Below, piece after piece: positions 40,530 through 53,216 of a stretch of DNA of 64,000 nucleotides. The translations under genes and the position numbers were made by a program. Position 1 is the first letter of the stretch. Each line of letters starts with the position of its first letter. The stretch is from Antedon mediterranea (taxonomy: Eukaryota; Animalia; Echinodermata), in the NCBI RefSeq assembly GCF_964355755.1, contig NC_092678.1, positions 7,704,422-7,768,421 on the forward strand, read 5' to 3'. The notes below the pieces were generated by a model. It searched no databases and was not told the DNA's origin. It worked only from the letters and a program-made list of their open reading frames with translations.

Positions 40530-41041
40530 AGCAAAGGCATCTGTAGCGCTAGGAGATGGCCAGGCGAGAGGCTATAAGTGACTACATCTTCATTTTGCTC
40601 GTTCTTCGAGCATATGGAATCGTTATCAGTGAGATATTGCATTACCCTTTCTTTCGGGTCATCTGTAGGAAGGTTAATTTCACTACCTGCCTTAGAATTT
40701 GCAGCTTCTTCTAGTGTAGCTGCTTCAGCTTCTGCTGCTGCTGCGTCCTTTTCAGCTTCCAACAACTGTATTTGGGCACTTTGCCGTTTCATTTCTGCCT
40801 CTTGAAATGCCATCCTTTGTCTAATCTGTGTTTGTTGGCGTGTGAAATCCAATTTCACTTTACTCGCTTCCGCCTTGGCACGAGCTTTTGATGCCACAGA
40901 ACTGCGGGATGAACATGAGCTGGAACTGGTGCTTCGTTTTGAACTCATCTTGTTTGGGGCGTCTTGCCCTTGTCCACTTTTTTCTTCACTATGTGTCACA
41001 CCATAGCCTTCGTTGTATGGTTGACCTGACCGTGTTGTCAT
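40526..41041 (-). CDS. BEL/Pao Gag N-terminal ORF (Ser-rich/coiled-coil), out of frame with the main ORF
   Basis: 171 aa with the Ser-rich and ARAKAEA coiled-coil start seen in BEL Gag. Its stop overlaps the next ATG (ATGA). Confidence 0.75.
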   Translation of the reverse strand: MTTRSGQPYNEGYGVTHSEEKSGQGQDAPNKMSSKRSTSSSSCSSRSSVASKARAKAEASKVKLDFTRQQTQIRQRMAFQEAEMKRQSAQIQLLEAEKDAAAAEAEAATLEEAANSKAGSEINLPTDDPKERVMQYLTDNDSICSKNEQNEDVVTYSLSPGHLLALQMPLL

Positions 41042-41091
41042 GATTAGTGATTAACGTCTGCCTGCAAGGTTTGGTGTAGATGTAATCGATG

Positions 41092-41103
41092 ACCCTTTTT
41101 TAC
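41092..41103 (-). other. Non-tRNA primer binding site GTAAAAAAGGGT, complementary to LTR nt 41203-41192
   Basis: Abuts the 5' LTR, has no TGG, and forms a perfect 12-bp inverted repeat with 41192-41203. Confidence 0.7.
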
Positions 41104-41358
41104 TGTCACGGAACTAATAAATAAACATTTATCACACCGATCAGTATAACCAAGTCTTTATTCGTTTGAGTTTGTGTGTGTGTGTGTGGCTGTAAAAAAG
41201 GGTGTGAATCGACACCTCTTTCAATATCTTGCATAAAACATCGTTTTGAGATGAAAACAATATATGTGACTGCCGAGCCGCCATTAACACTTATCGAACA
41301 GTGGAGACAAACTATAGAGGGCGGTACGCATAACAAATTATCAATCGCGAACAGCACA
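41104..41358 (-). repeat. 5' LTR of the BEL/Pao element
   Basis: TG...CA termini and an AATAAA on the element strand at ~41157-41162. Confidence 0.95.
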
Positions 41359-41599
41359 ATGGGAAATGCTGTTATCCTTTAATTTCAGTTACTGTCTGTA
41401 TGAACAAAACATCAAAAAATTACAGTTCGCTGCAGTTGAAATACTCAATACCGGAATGCAGGAGTTAATATGGATAGTATATACACATGAGTCACATTGG
41501 TATATGATACAGTATTTAGTGTCAGTACTGTAGTATGCCGGTAACACTAAGGCATATTACCAGAATTTTCCATACAAGCTTATGTGATATGTGACTATA

Positions 41600-42235
41600 C
41601 AACTCTTTATTCTTACCCCACATTGATTACTGCATCATGGTGTGGGGCTCAAGGCCTAGTCACATCTCTAAGATTCAGAAACTTCAAAATAGAGCTCTCC
41701 GAACTATTCTCCAAGTTCCTTACACTACTCCTTCCCGTCAACTTTTTAACACCATTTCTACTCTTACCGTTTCTCAACGTGCTGTCTATCAAACGGGCTG
41801 TCTTGCCTATCGAGCCTCTAACAATCTCGCCCCAACTAACATCTGCCGTGGGCTTGCCAGAATTACTGCCAATGGAAGAATGGCTACCCGGCAACTTTCC
41901 ATGGGTGATCTCGTTGTTCCAAGACCTCAGTGTGAACTTTTTAAACATTCTTTTAATTATAAAGGACCTACATATTTTAACTCGTTAGACGTTTCTATTA
42001 GAAATTGCAATACCTTTTTAAATTAAAGAATTTTATGCTTAATAATGACTCTTTTTAAATTGTTATCTTCTTGACCTTTATATTTATTCTTTATTCAATT
42101 TTAACTATTGTATTATATTTGTTACTTGTTATGTTTTATGTCGTATTGTTGAGGGCCCCTTAAAATCAGCTTCCGCTGGCTGGGTCACCCTCTTGAAACA
42201 TGGTTGAAGAAATAAATAAATAAATAAACAATAAA
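41600..42235 (+). mobile_element. LINE (CR1/L2-like) 3' fragment
   Basis: DYCIMVWG...IQKLQNRALR...FKHSFNYKGP, followed by a stem-loop and (AAAT)n tail. Confidence 0.8.
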
Positions 42236-42288
42236 TTCAATTTCGTTCAAAACATTTTTTGACATATCAATTTGTTAGCCTGTCTTAA

Positions 42289-42893
42289 CACATTGACTGC
42301 CAAGGCATTTTCCGTAATTTCTGTCCCAGTGCCAAGTCCCGTTTACATATTAAATTACAGTTTGAAAGTGTAACATCTGGTCACAGACTATCATGATGTC
42401 ATTCAAAATACGATGGCGGGAAAAACCGTTGAGACGTATAAATACGTCACTGGCAATGGTCCAACAATTTTATTGACTTTGCCAGGAACGTAAATATACG
42501 TCGGGGATTTTCCGCGCTAAAATCGGTCAAACCTATCATCGAGAGATAAAAACAGTAAACCACACTGAATCATTTCATCCTTTATTATTTTTATTTACTA
42601 TTAGCGCAATTTATGACATGTTTGAGATGATTATATTGAGTGTGAGGGCGCCATCGTATCAACCATATTCAATGCATGAGGGAATAAACACAAACAAACA
42701 TATGACATTTATTTTTAGATTATCGTTTACGTACATCATTCATAAACTGCCATGCGATAATTCCTGTTCCAATCACCACTGCCAGCGATTCTACATACAA
42801 TACAAAAGTGCTACGATTTTGACGTAGTATTACGTCTTGGCAAGTAGCGACACGCAATTTTTGACGTATAAATACGCCGTGGCAGTGAACGTG
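42289..42893. mobile_element. piggyBac-like MITE with TTAA TSD
   Basis: TTAA|CACATTGACTGCCA...TGGCAGTGAACGTG|TTAA. The empty site is visible in the paralogous intron at 24661-24674 (TTAGCCTGTC-TTAA). Confidence 0.85.
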
Positions 42894-43037
42894 TTAAACT
42901 CATAAAAAAGACATTTTTTATACTACAAAATTTACCTTTAAAAATGGAGGATGGAGGGGGTGTAGCCCTTCTGTGTATCTTGGACTTGTAATTTACAAAT
43001 TCTATTCTACTGAAATATAGGTAATAATATCAAATAC

Positions 43038-43151
43038 CTTCATACTGGCATCTCTCTCCTGCATATCCAGTTCTGCATAAGCACCAAAATTGATTTCCAT
43101 CAGAATAAACCTGACAGGATCCATCTATACAAGGATTTGATGAACATGGAT
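43038..43151 (-). CDS. Gene A exon 2: EGF repeat 1
   Basis: 114 nt, phase 1-1. DPCSSNPCIDGSCQVYSDGNQFWCLCRTGYAGERCQYE. Confidence 0.85.
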
Positions 43152-44367
43152 CTATTCATTTTATTCAAATCAACAAAAAAACATAAAACTTCTGTTAGGA
43201 TGATATGATCATGCACATAAAGATATTATGTAGACTAATTGCACTGAAATTAATATTTTTAAATGTATTAAAATTATGTTAAAAGGAATTACTTTTTGAT
43301 ATTTTAAACAGCCAGATGACCAGTTTGAAGTTAACAAATGACAAGTTTTGTACAATAATTGCTAACAAACAACTTTTCTGTTGAATTCAATCAATACAAT
43401 TATATAACTTTTTCAAAGGCCATCACAGAAAAATAATTGTTAAAATAACAGGTTAAATAACCGTGCGAATAAATTACGACCAGTTTCTCGGCAGCAGAAA
43501 CATCAGAACAAATGTTGAATAACCTGTTAAATTGCAGCTTGAAAATAAGGTTTAAAACACCCACTCGATTAACCAATTATTGCTGTGCCAGTTTTAGCTG
43601 CAACTATCAACTATTGTATAGCGCAACGCCCTTTGACCACCATGAGCGCATTGTATTCGATTGATTGATTGATTGATTGATTGATTTTATTCGATATTCA
43701 TACACAAAAGTTACAATGTACAAAAAGAATACCAGGATAACCCATTAAGTCGACAAATAAAAAGTAAACTTATTTCCAATGGAGTCCAATCCGTATTAAC
43801 TGAAAAAGTGAGTGGTTGGGCCCAGTACAATATATCATTAAGTTGGACGCAGTAAAATTGGAAAAACAAGAAAATACATATAAGACAAGATAACATCAAA
43901 AAACAATATTAAAAAATAACGTTTTTTGAGAACCACCCACTGATTTAAGGGCACAAATTATTTAGTCAAATATATCAATTACATTTTAAAACTTATTTTG
44001 AAATAACGGTTTAACAGACCCTATATTTGACCTTAGTCACCCTTTTTTTTTAAATAAAAAAAATTCTTGTTTGAATAATACCATAATCCATAGCCACTTT
44101 ACTGCCATTGCTTTATTTCAGTGTCATTATGTAATTGTTTTTTAGTTGAATCTGAAACGATGGGACCTGGGAAACTTAAGTTGCTTTTGAATTTATTGTG
44201 ATTTTCTGATTATTTTTCTTGTCTGTATACAGTAGATTCAAAATAAAAACAAACAAATATCACAAATTTAAAATGATTTGGGATTATTACTGTATTGCTA
44301 ATAATATGTTACTACATTAACAAATCAACAAATGATATACAGTAAAAGTATATCCTTTGCTAGCCCA

Positions 44368-47300
44368 TCATGGTTCAGGAATTATCTTAATGACTGCAAA
44401 CAATTTGTACAAATCAATAATTGTAAGTCATCTGCAAGTCAGGTTATATGTGGAGTGCCACAGGGTTCTGTTTTGGGCCCCTTGTTATTTTTAATTTATG
44501 TAAATGACCTATCTCAAGGAACTGACAATTTACGTGTGATCGCATTTGCAGATGACCCAACAGTTTTTTTCCAACATGATAATATAGATACCTTATTTAA
44601 TGTATTTAATAATGAATTACAAAAAATTAGCACCTGGTTTATTGCAAACAAATTGCTGATTAACTTAACAAAAACAAATTGTATTGTCTTTCATTCTCAT
44701 AAAAAAAGAATAAAATTCAACAACAATCGTAATATTTTTGTAGTGTTTTGATAAATGAACATCTAAACTGGACAGTTTTTAATAAAAACAAAATATTAGA
44801 AAATAAAGCTAAACCTAAGGAACTCTGGAGAACTGAAAAATCTAGGTTATAGTAATAAGAACATAAGTGATGCAAAGATAGTGTTAAAAAATGGAGATAG
44901 TACTATAAATGACCCTAAAGGTATTGCAACCGAATTCAACAGATTCTATACTCACGTTGCTCAGGATCTCAGAAATAAGTTACCTCAACAAAGCAATCAA
45001 TATCTACCCGGTTCTAGTTACTTTAAAACTCATTATGATAAGAAAAATATTACCAAATTTAAGCTTGATCCTGTGAGTGAAGAATTTGTTGAAAAGTATT
45101 TAAGTTCACTAAATCCTAATAAAGCCACAGGACCAGACAACATCCTTGCTCGTTTTCTAAAAGATGGAGAAACTTTCTTAAAAGGTCCCCTAACCCATAT
45201 AATAAACCTTTCCCTTAACACTGAAATTGTACCAGACCAATTTAAAATAGCAAAAGTAAAGCCGATATTTAAAAAAGGCGATCGTACTGACACAAATAAC
45301 TACCGCCCTGTTAGCCTATTAAGTTGTACCTCTAAGATTCTAGAAAAGGCTGTGTATGTCCAGCTAGCCAGACACCTGGAAGATAATGATGTGATAACAG
45401 ATTCTCAGTCTGATTTCAGAGAAGGGTTTTCCACTGAAACCTGTTTTACTCATTTATTGGATCATGTGAAATCAAAAATGGCCAATGGGTTTCTTACAGG
45501 TATGGTTTTGCTGGACATTCGAAAGGCCTTCGATTCGGTCAATCACTTCATTCTTTGTGATAAACTCAGAAGAATCGGATGCGATTCAACTAAATGGTTC
45601 CGTTCTTACTTATCTAATAGGAAACAATTTGTTGAAATTAAGGGAGGTAAATAAAAAAATATGGCTATTGCACATGGCGTCCCCCAAGGGAGCATATTGG
45701 GACCTTTGCTGTTCCTAGTGTACATAAATGATGTTGTTTCATCAGTTGAATCAAAATGTAAAGTGCTACTATATGCAGATGACTGTGCCATCTTGTATTC
45801 AGACCGAAACCCTAATACTATTTCGGCTGTACTTAGTGCTTCGTTAAATCTTTGTAATGAGTGGCTTATTGATAACTGACTTACAATTCATCCAGGTAAA
45901 ACTGAATGCATTCTGTTGGGAACGAAACGTCGATTAAAAAATGTCTCATTCCAACTCAATGCCCTTGAATGTGATATACTGTAAAATCAACAGAGTCGGT
46001 AAGGTATTTAGGTGTCCAGATTGACCAACAGGCTTCTGGGAATCTGATTGCCAATTCAGTATATAACTAGCGCAAATAGCCATTTAAAATTTATGTACAG
46101 ACAATCCAAATATCTTGATTTTGGTAGTAGGAAACTTCTCTCTTCAGCTCTAATTCAGCCTCTTTTTGACTACTGTATGCTTTCCCAGCATAGTATGACT
46201 CTTCTCAGGTACACAAACACAGGCTTCAGACTATTCAAAACAAAATATTCAGATTTATTACTCAATCAGATGTGAGCTGAAATCAATCGGATATCTGAAC
46301 GTCCCAGAAAGAGTTAAGTTCAAATGTTTATGCAATGTATATAAATTTTTTAATAATTCTGCTCCAATGTATCTAAATAGTAACTTTGTTCGTATTGTTG
46401 ATTACCACTCTAGAAGGACACGTAGTGCCACAAATTTAAATTATAGGATTCAAATAATTAAGGGCTGCGAACAAAAAACTTTTTATTACAACTCAATAAA
46501 AGCCTGGAACGCTATACCATTATATGTTAAAAGTAATATTTCATTATAAAATTTTAAATTGGCACTAAAAAAGCATCTCCTCAACATTTAATTCTCATGT
46601 GCAATAAATTATAAAAAGGTTTTAGTATAATGCAATAAATCAATAATCTGTAAATTAAGAATAAATATAAATAAATAAGTGTAAAAATTAATTGTAATTT
46701 TTTTTACTTTAGTGCAATAAATCAATTTTTGTATATATCTCTTATAATAAATCTTTCTTAAAACTGTAAATTAGGACTAAATTTGTGTTAGATAAATTGT
46801 TATTTTTAAACTTTTATATTTTTATACCATTTATTTTAAGGATTCTTTTGATGTAATTTGTATGTTCTTTATCAGTTCCTTGTTTTTAGGACCCAAGTGG
46901 AAATAAGTTTTTAACTTTCCTTGGCATTCCTTGTAATCAAGGCCTGTGTTTCTGTGCAATTGTTTTTTCTACTTTTTATGCATTATATTTAATAGTTTTT
47001 TAACCTTGATTACTAAATAAAGAAATTCAAATTCAAAAAGACAGGTCATCAACATTATATAGCAAATAAGATTTCCAAGAGTATTGGTGTAATAAATAAG
47101 CCTAAACATTTTTTCCCTTACAATATTTTAATACAACTTTATAACACACTTGTACTCCCTATTTACAATACTGTAACCTTATTTGGGCAGCTGACTACCC
47201 ATCTCATCTTGATAATCAAGAGGTTGTGCTTACTTAGAATTGGAAAATTATGGCTATATAACTTATATTTGCTTATGACTTTTATGTGCAGTTTTACATG

Positions 47301-48040
47301 GGTGAATGTTCATTTACTAATTAAACTATTTAAGCCAGAACTTATGTTGTATGCGTCTTTATTTATTATTCTATGAGTTTGTTAATCGCCGCTGTCTCCG
47401 AGTAGCAAAAAACTATTAAAGTTGCAAAAACGTGTAGAATTATGCATTTAGCTCCATTTGATTCTCATTCTGAACCATTGTTTAAGAAATCAAATATTCT
47501 TATAATTACTGATATCCATAACATTCAAATCTCTATTTTTATGTTTAAATTCATAAAGGGCTCACTACCTAAACCTATTCTTGAATTTTTTTCTAAATCT
47601 ACTGTTATAAACAAATATAATTTTAGAAATCTACGTAATTTACTTGTACCACTTGTTAGATTAACCAAATCTAAATATTGTATAACCTTCTCAGGACCAA
47701 CTCTGTGGAATGATTTAGATGATAAACTTACTGACTGTGAAACTTTAATAATTTTTAAGAAATATATAAAGTATTTTTATTTGTCTAAATACCATGAGTA
47801 AAAATATAACTGTCATTTACATATATTTATTTTCATAATTACTTATATAATTTGAAGTCTAAATAAGGCGTATACCTTTTTCCTTATTAAACTATTTCTA
47901 ATATTTGTTTTGTTAGGGGTCTGATTGAGACAAGTTTAATACTTCTAAACCAGATCCCAGCCAAAAAATAAGTAGAAATGTTATGTTAAAATGTTTAATA
48001 TTTATGTTAAATAATATGTTTTTTGGTTGAATAAATATTA
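44368..48040 (+). mobile_element. CR1/L2-group LINE fragment split by a second LINE
   Basis: GVPQGSVLGPLLF...FADD at 44450-44555. It resumes at ~47040 (ANKISKSIG...HSEPLFK...GPTLWN) with a 3' UTR to ~48040. Confidence 0.75.
44750..47035 (+). mobile_element. Nested CR1/L2-group LINE (RT, degenerate)
   Basis: KATGPD, NYRPVSLL, DIRKAFDSV, GVPQGSILGPLLF, YADD, with several stops and an (AAATTC) tail. Confidence 0.88.
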
Positions 48041-48849
48041 CAAAACACAAACCATGAGTATACATTATGCATGATGCTAATTAGGATTGTTTACAACTCG
48101 TCACGGATGAAGGCGTTTTTACACAGATCGCGAGGAAGTTTTATAATTATGCATACAGAGTAGCCAAATAAGCGCGTTGCATTAAGAGATATGTTTTGAT
48201 AGAAAACTTTGACTGAACCAAAAAACGTCTGTATTTCAGTTAAATGATTTTTTTTTTACTCATTTTTGGTGAAAATTAATAACTATTATGATACTTCAAA
48301 ATGACCCACTTTTTTTCGAAATCTTTTTTTTTTTTTTTTTTTGAATTTGACAAAGGGACAATACATCTTGTTAGAGAAGTGTACAGGTTAGAATAATAGA
48401 GAGAGCTACTGTACCTAAAAGCCACACAGAAAACATATTTAGCAATCTTTAATAATAGGTCAATTAATAACCTAAATCACATTTTATTTTTCTTTTATTG
48501 TCATTTGCATATAAATACATTAAAATGAAATATATATATAGAAATTGTGTTTGCTCTGAGACACAAAATACAGATATAAATAAAAAAAAAAACACAATTA
48601 TAATGATACAATGTCACATCACTCTCGTACGGTTTCCCAACTAGTATTCAGTGCCCGAATGGCAGCTGGATAGAAGCTATTGCGAAACCTATTAGTACGA
48701 GAAGCGATGGACCGGTATCCTTAACCGCTACGTAACATCTCAAATACATTATGCCCTTAGATGGCTTGAATCTAGCAATATACAATGCCTTTTCTTAATT
48801 AAACGCTTCCCAAAAATGAATTCAATAGTGCTCTGTTCCATTCCAATAA

Positions 48850-49440
48850 TTCAATTCAATTCAATTTCTTTATTGCTGCAAATGCCATCAAGGGCTAATA
48901 TCTGCAAGTAAACATACTACATCATACAAACATAATTATACATATTAACATTTAAAATTTAAACACATAAAAATTATAGTCATTACTCATTAATAGTAGT
49001 AGTTGTTATTATTTTAATTATTGTAATTATTGTTATAATGATTATTGTTATTGTTATTATAATAATTAATAAAAGTGTAATAAATTATAGGTCACATCTT
49101 AAGGGCAGTTTTAATGTCAAGCACAGAAGAGGAAGACACGTTAAGATGAAAAGATAAGACGTGATGCATATTTGTTGTAGATCAGACTTATATTTATTTG
49201 TGGCCCCGGTGAACCACAAAACAATACTAAAGGTGAGTACACTTTCAATAACAGACTTATAGAAAAGTGTCATAATGAAAGTGTCCACTCCGAAGGATTT
49301 AAGTCTACGTAAAAAGTAAAGGCGTTGTTGGACCTTTTTAGTACACTTGGTAATATGGTCGTGCCATTTTAGATTGCTAGTGATCACCACACCAAGAAAC
49401 TTAAAATTGTCTACAATTTCAACTTGAGAGTTATTTATTT
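48850..49440 (-). mobile_element. LINE 3' fragment(s)
   Basis: LKWHDHI...QRLYFLRRLKSF...FYKSVIESVLTF, joined to a tail shared with 31820-32110. Confidence 0.75.
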
Positions 49441-50804
49441 ATCAGCAGAAATTTAATATTATATTAATAGTAATATTATAAAATGATGTTTACTTCTATT
49501 TTTTAAAGTCAAATATGTAAATTAAAATAGTAGGGTTTTTAGGCCAAGTACAGTATTATCTCAGCTCAATAAATGCTGATCACTAATAACTTTTTGCCAC
49601 TGTGAAGGGTTTTCTGCCTGTTCTGCCCACGTCTTTAGTAGATATCGGCATTGTAAACTTGCTTTATAAAATTATAAATAAAAACAAAACAAGGTTCCGA
49701 AAATGGTACAGTTCAAAATGCGGTGTGCAATCAATTATCAACCTAAAATCAACATGCGCACTGTAGTGTATAGGGCTGTAATTGTATGCGTGTATTTGGG
49801 CTTACAATATTAAATTGTAACTTCCTTCCCATTGCTTTGGCTAATTGACCTCTCTGTTATACTTAATATACAGTACTGGCTACGTAGTATAGAATGGGTT
49901 TACGATGGAATCGGTCGCGTCTGAAATCGGTCGCGTTTGAAATCGGTCGCGATAAAATCAACTTCCGGTATTTTGTATGGCGTGCCGCTAGAGCTATACT
50001 TTTGATGATATCGGTCGCGTTTGAAATCGGTCGCGTTATTTTGTATGGAGCAGGATGCATGCTAGCGAGATATACATTACCTTCGTATTTAATTGATATC
50101 TTTTAGGAACTAGATTATTTATGTGGATATTTTTTATTTGGTTAAATATTTATTATCAATCATTAATTTTTTATTTTTTTATTTTACAGGCTTCAAAATG
50201 GCCATTTCTAAACACGTTAAATATTATATTAGGCATAATATTATGTTAGGTATACAATAATTTACCTCTATTTATATGTACTGTAATTAATATATTATAT
50301 AGAGAATAATACGTCCCTTATTATGCGAACAATTATGTAAAAGAGAACAATTATTTAAAAACAATAAGTGTTACAATGTATAGCCCGTAAAGCCAGCGTA
50401 TCCATTTTTATACTATGCATACTGTGGCAGATGATATCATATCCATGTCGTTAACAACTGACTATTCGATCACCTTATATTTATTTCTATTTTATTTATG
50501 TCCGTACGAATGATTATTAGTGTTGAGGCAAATCATGTGTATATTTTTATTTCTGTTTAAAATAGTTTTTAGTATAAATGATCATTATATGCGGATGGTT
50601 AAAAGGCAACTTACTGAAATAAACCTCCAAATAAGCCATATCGGAGATGGGCGTTCTATGATCTTGCAGTAATTTCCTCTAACAGTATGTTATTTTGCTG
50701 ATGGGGATTCCCCTTTTTAAAAAAAACACGCACTAGTGTGTCAAATCATGGACAAAACACGTACGTTCGTTGTACATGGCCAGGTAAAGATGACGTATAA
50801 TACT

Positions 50805-51601
50805 AATAACAATGATGAAAATTATCGTAGCGAAATACAAAGATTTGTTAAATTTTGTGACGATAATTATCTCCAAATAAATGCATCAAAAACAAAGGAG
50901 ATGATCATTGATTTTAGGACTAAACATAAATTTAATTTTCAACCAATCACTATCAAAGGTAAAGAAATTGAAATTGTTGACCAGTACAAGTATCTAGGAA
51001 TTGTTTTCAATGATAAACTGAGTTGGGGAGACCATATAGACTTCATCAGCAAAAAATTAAGTCCCAGAATGTATTGTATGAGAACTTTATATAAATTTAA
51101 CTCCTGTGATTTGATGTTACTCTCGTTCTATAGATCCGTTATATGTAGTGTTTGGACGTATTGCCTCTCCTGTTGGGCTGGTAATGTTACCGGAGGGAAT
51201 AAAGGACGCCTTGAAACTTTCATCCGTCGGGCTGGTAAAATGATTGGTCTGGAACTGCCTTCCTTTACCGATGTGCACCTAGAACACCTCCAGAAAGATT
51301 TCGAACGCATTGAGTCGGATGCCTCTCATCCTCTCCACAAAGTGATCATAGACCAACTTAATCCAAGTGGTAGATTGAGGCTCCTCAGTGTGAAAACAAA
51401 TCGATTTGCTAAATCCTTTATTCCCTCCGGTATCATCCAGTACAACAGGAAGTCAAGAAGATAATTTTATATTGTAATTTTTTAGATGTTTTTATATGAA
51501 TGGTTTTATGCTATATTTGTTTTTATAGTGTTTTCTTTGTTATTATGACGAGCAATGAATTTCCTTTTTGAGGATCAATAAAAGTTATCTTATCTTATCT
51601 T
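50805..51601 (+). mobile_element. LINE 3' portion (L2/Rex-like RT C-terminus)
   Basis: LQINASKTKEMIIDFR, YKYLGIVFNDKLSW, SHPLH, RFAKSFIP, and a (TTATC)n tail. Confidence 0.88.
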
Positions 51602-51893
51602 AATAACCATACGTTATAGGCCTCCTGCACGTGTTTTTGTGAAACAATGTATATAATTTACGTATATACGTCGGCGATACTATAGTTTTTAATTTGAATA
51701 TTTTTTATTTCTTCATTTATAATAATCATTTAATGTATAATTAAGTACAACTCAGTGTCTCACATCCATTATGCCGTTCAGAAATCTAAATGTTTAAATA
51801 TCAGTGCAGATTAACTCTTTGAGAATCGTGTCTACCTTAAATATTATTCTCACATCATCATTTCGTAATTAATTGTGATTAAAAAATACGCAG

Positions 51894-52563
51894 TGGCTAA
51901 AGATACGGTACCGTATCCTAACTTCCGGTTGCTAAAGGTACGGTAAAATTGCATTACGTCATAATCAGCCAATGAGGTGCTGGTACGTGTGTAACATCAT
52001 CGCATAAGGACTTTTTTTTCACGTCGAGAAAACAGTGATCAACCGCTTAACATTTTCTTTATGCTTCATTTATCGCTATTAAAGAGGCCTACTACGTACT
52101 ACTATAACCATGCTATAACCTATAACCTCAGTATATGAGTTTGTTTGCCAGACTAGGCCAGCTGCATGTGTGCGCTGATTTCTGTGACTCCGCACTGGGG
52201 CTAGACCTATACTGTCTAAATCATAGTATTTTATTGTCCGCATTTGCTTTTTGTTATGGTCACCATCTGTAAACAAAGTTTAATAAAAAAAAATATAGGC
52301 CTAAATAGGCCATTTGGAATAAAAATAAAACCCTCATATATAGTAACTATGGACGAATTCAACATTGCTAGGTCTACTGAGTAACAGAATCAGCACACAC
52401 ACATCCATGCAGCCTGGCGCCGCCGAAAAAAAATCCAAAGTCCTTATACGATGACGTCCCACACGTACCAGCACCCCATTGGCTGATTCAGATTATGACG
52501 TAATGCAATTTTACCGTACCTTTAGTAAACGGAAGTTAGGATACGGTACCGTATCTTTAGCCA
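51894..52563. mobile_element. MITE with ~125-bp TIRs
   Basis: TGGCTAAAGATACGGTACCGTATCCTAACTTCCG... is mirrored at ~52435-52563. Confidence 0.8.
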
Positions 52564-53216
52564 TGGGGTAAAAAATATGCAATAGGTGCATTTAACTATA
52601 TTAACTTATTTCAACATTTTCAAAACTTTAAACAGTGGCATGCCAATCTTTTCAAAAACTTAAACAATATTCAATAAAACATTTTTAAAACACATTACAA
52701 TCCACTGATACCTGTAAGATAAAATGAAAACATAAATTATTTATAAATAATATTTATATATATTTACTGTACTTAAAAAATAATAACGATTGAGGTAAAC
52801 AAAATGTCAATTATTAATATTAGAAATGCTATATTCAAAATTAACGAAAAACATACTGAGCGTTTTCATTAAAAATATATCTAGTGCGTCCCATGTTTTT
52901 TATGTAAAATAAAAGGGTCCTGCGAAAACAAAATTGTAAACTTCTCTATGCAGGATCTTTGCCATCTATTTATAATATTATAAGTTCTATATTTATAAAT
53001 GATGAGTAAAAAAATGTGAATACAAATTAGCGCCACCAAAATAAAACGCGACCGATATCAAACGTAAACTAAAGATGATAAAAAGCGTATCTAGCGGCGC
53101 TCCATACAAAATACCGGATGCTGATTTTATCGCGACCGATTTCAAGCCCGACCGACCGTTCAACCGCGACCGATTTCATCTGACACCCTACTAGGGGTGG
53201 GTCTTGATTTACTCAC

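Larger units (their letters stand above)
34985..41358 (-). mobile_element. Full-length BEL/Pao LTR retrotransposon, recent insertion
   Basis: Two 255-bp LTRs, 5-bp TSD ATGGG (34980-34984, 41359-41363), G-run PPT next to the 3' LTR. Gag-PR-RT-RH-IN order. Confidence 0.97.
49896..53188. mobile_element. Non-autonomous DNA transposon with long (~150 bp) imperfect TIRs, in intron 1 of gene A
   Basis: GGGT..GATGGAATCGGTCGCG...CGCGATAAAATC..CCGGTATTTTGTATGG at the left end, mirrored at 53045-53188, with repeated AATCGGTCGCG motifs. Confidence 0.7.

Noticed and set aside
52695-52711. Short terminal exon (GISGL*) after gene A exon 1
   Set aside because: The acceptor looks good but lies inside a TIR transposon and would give only a signal peptide.
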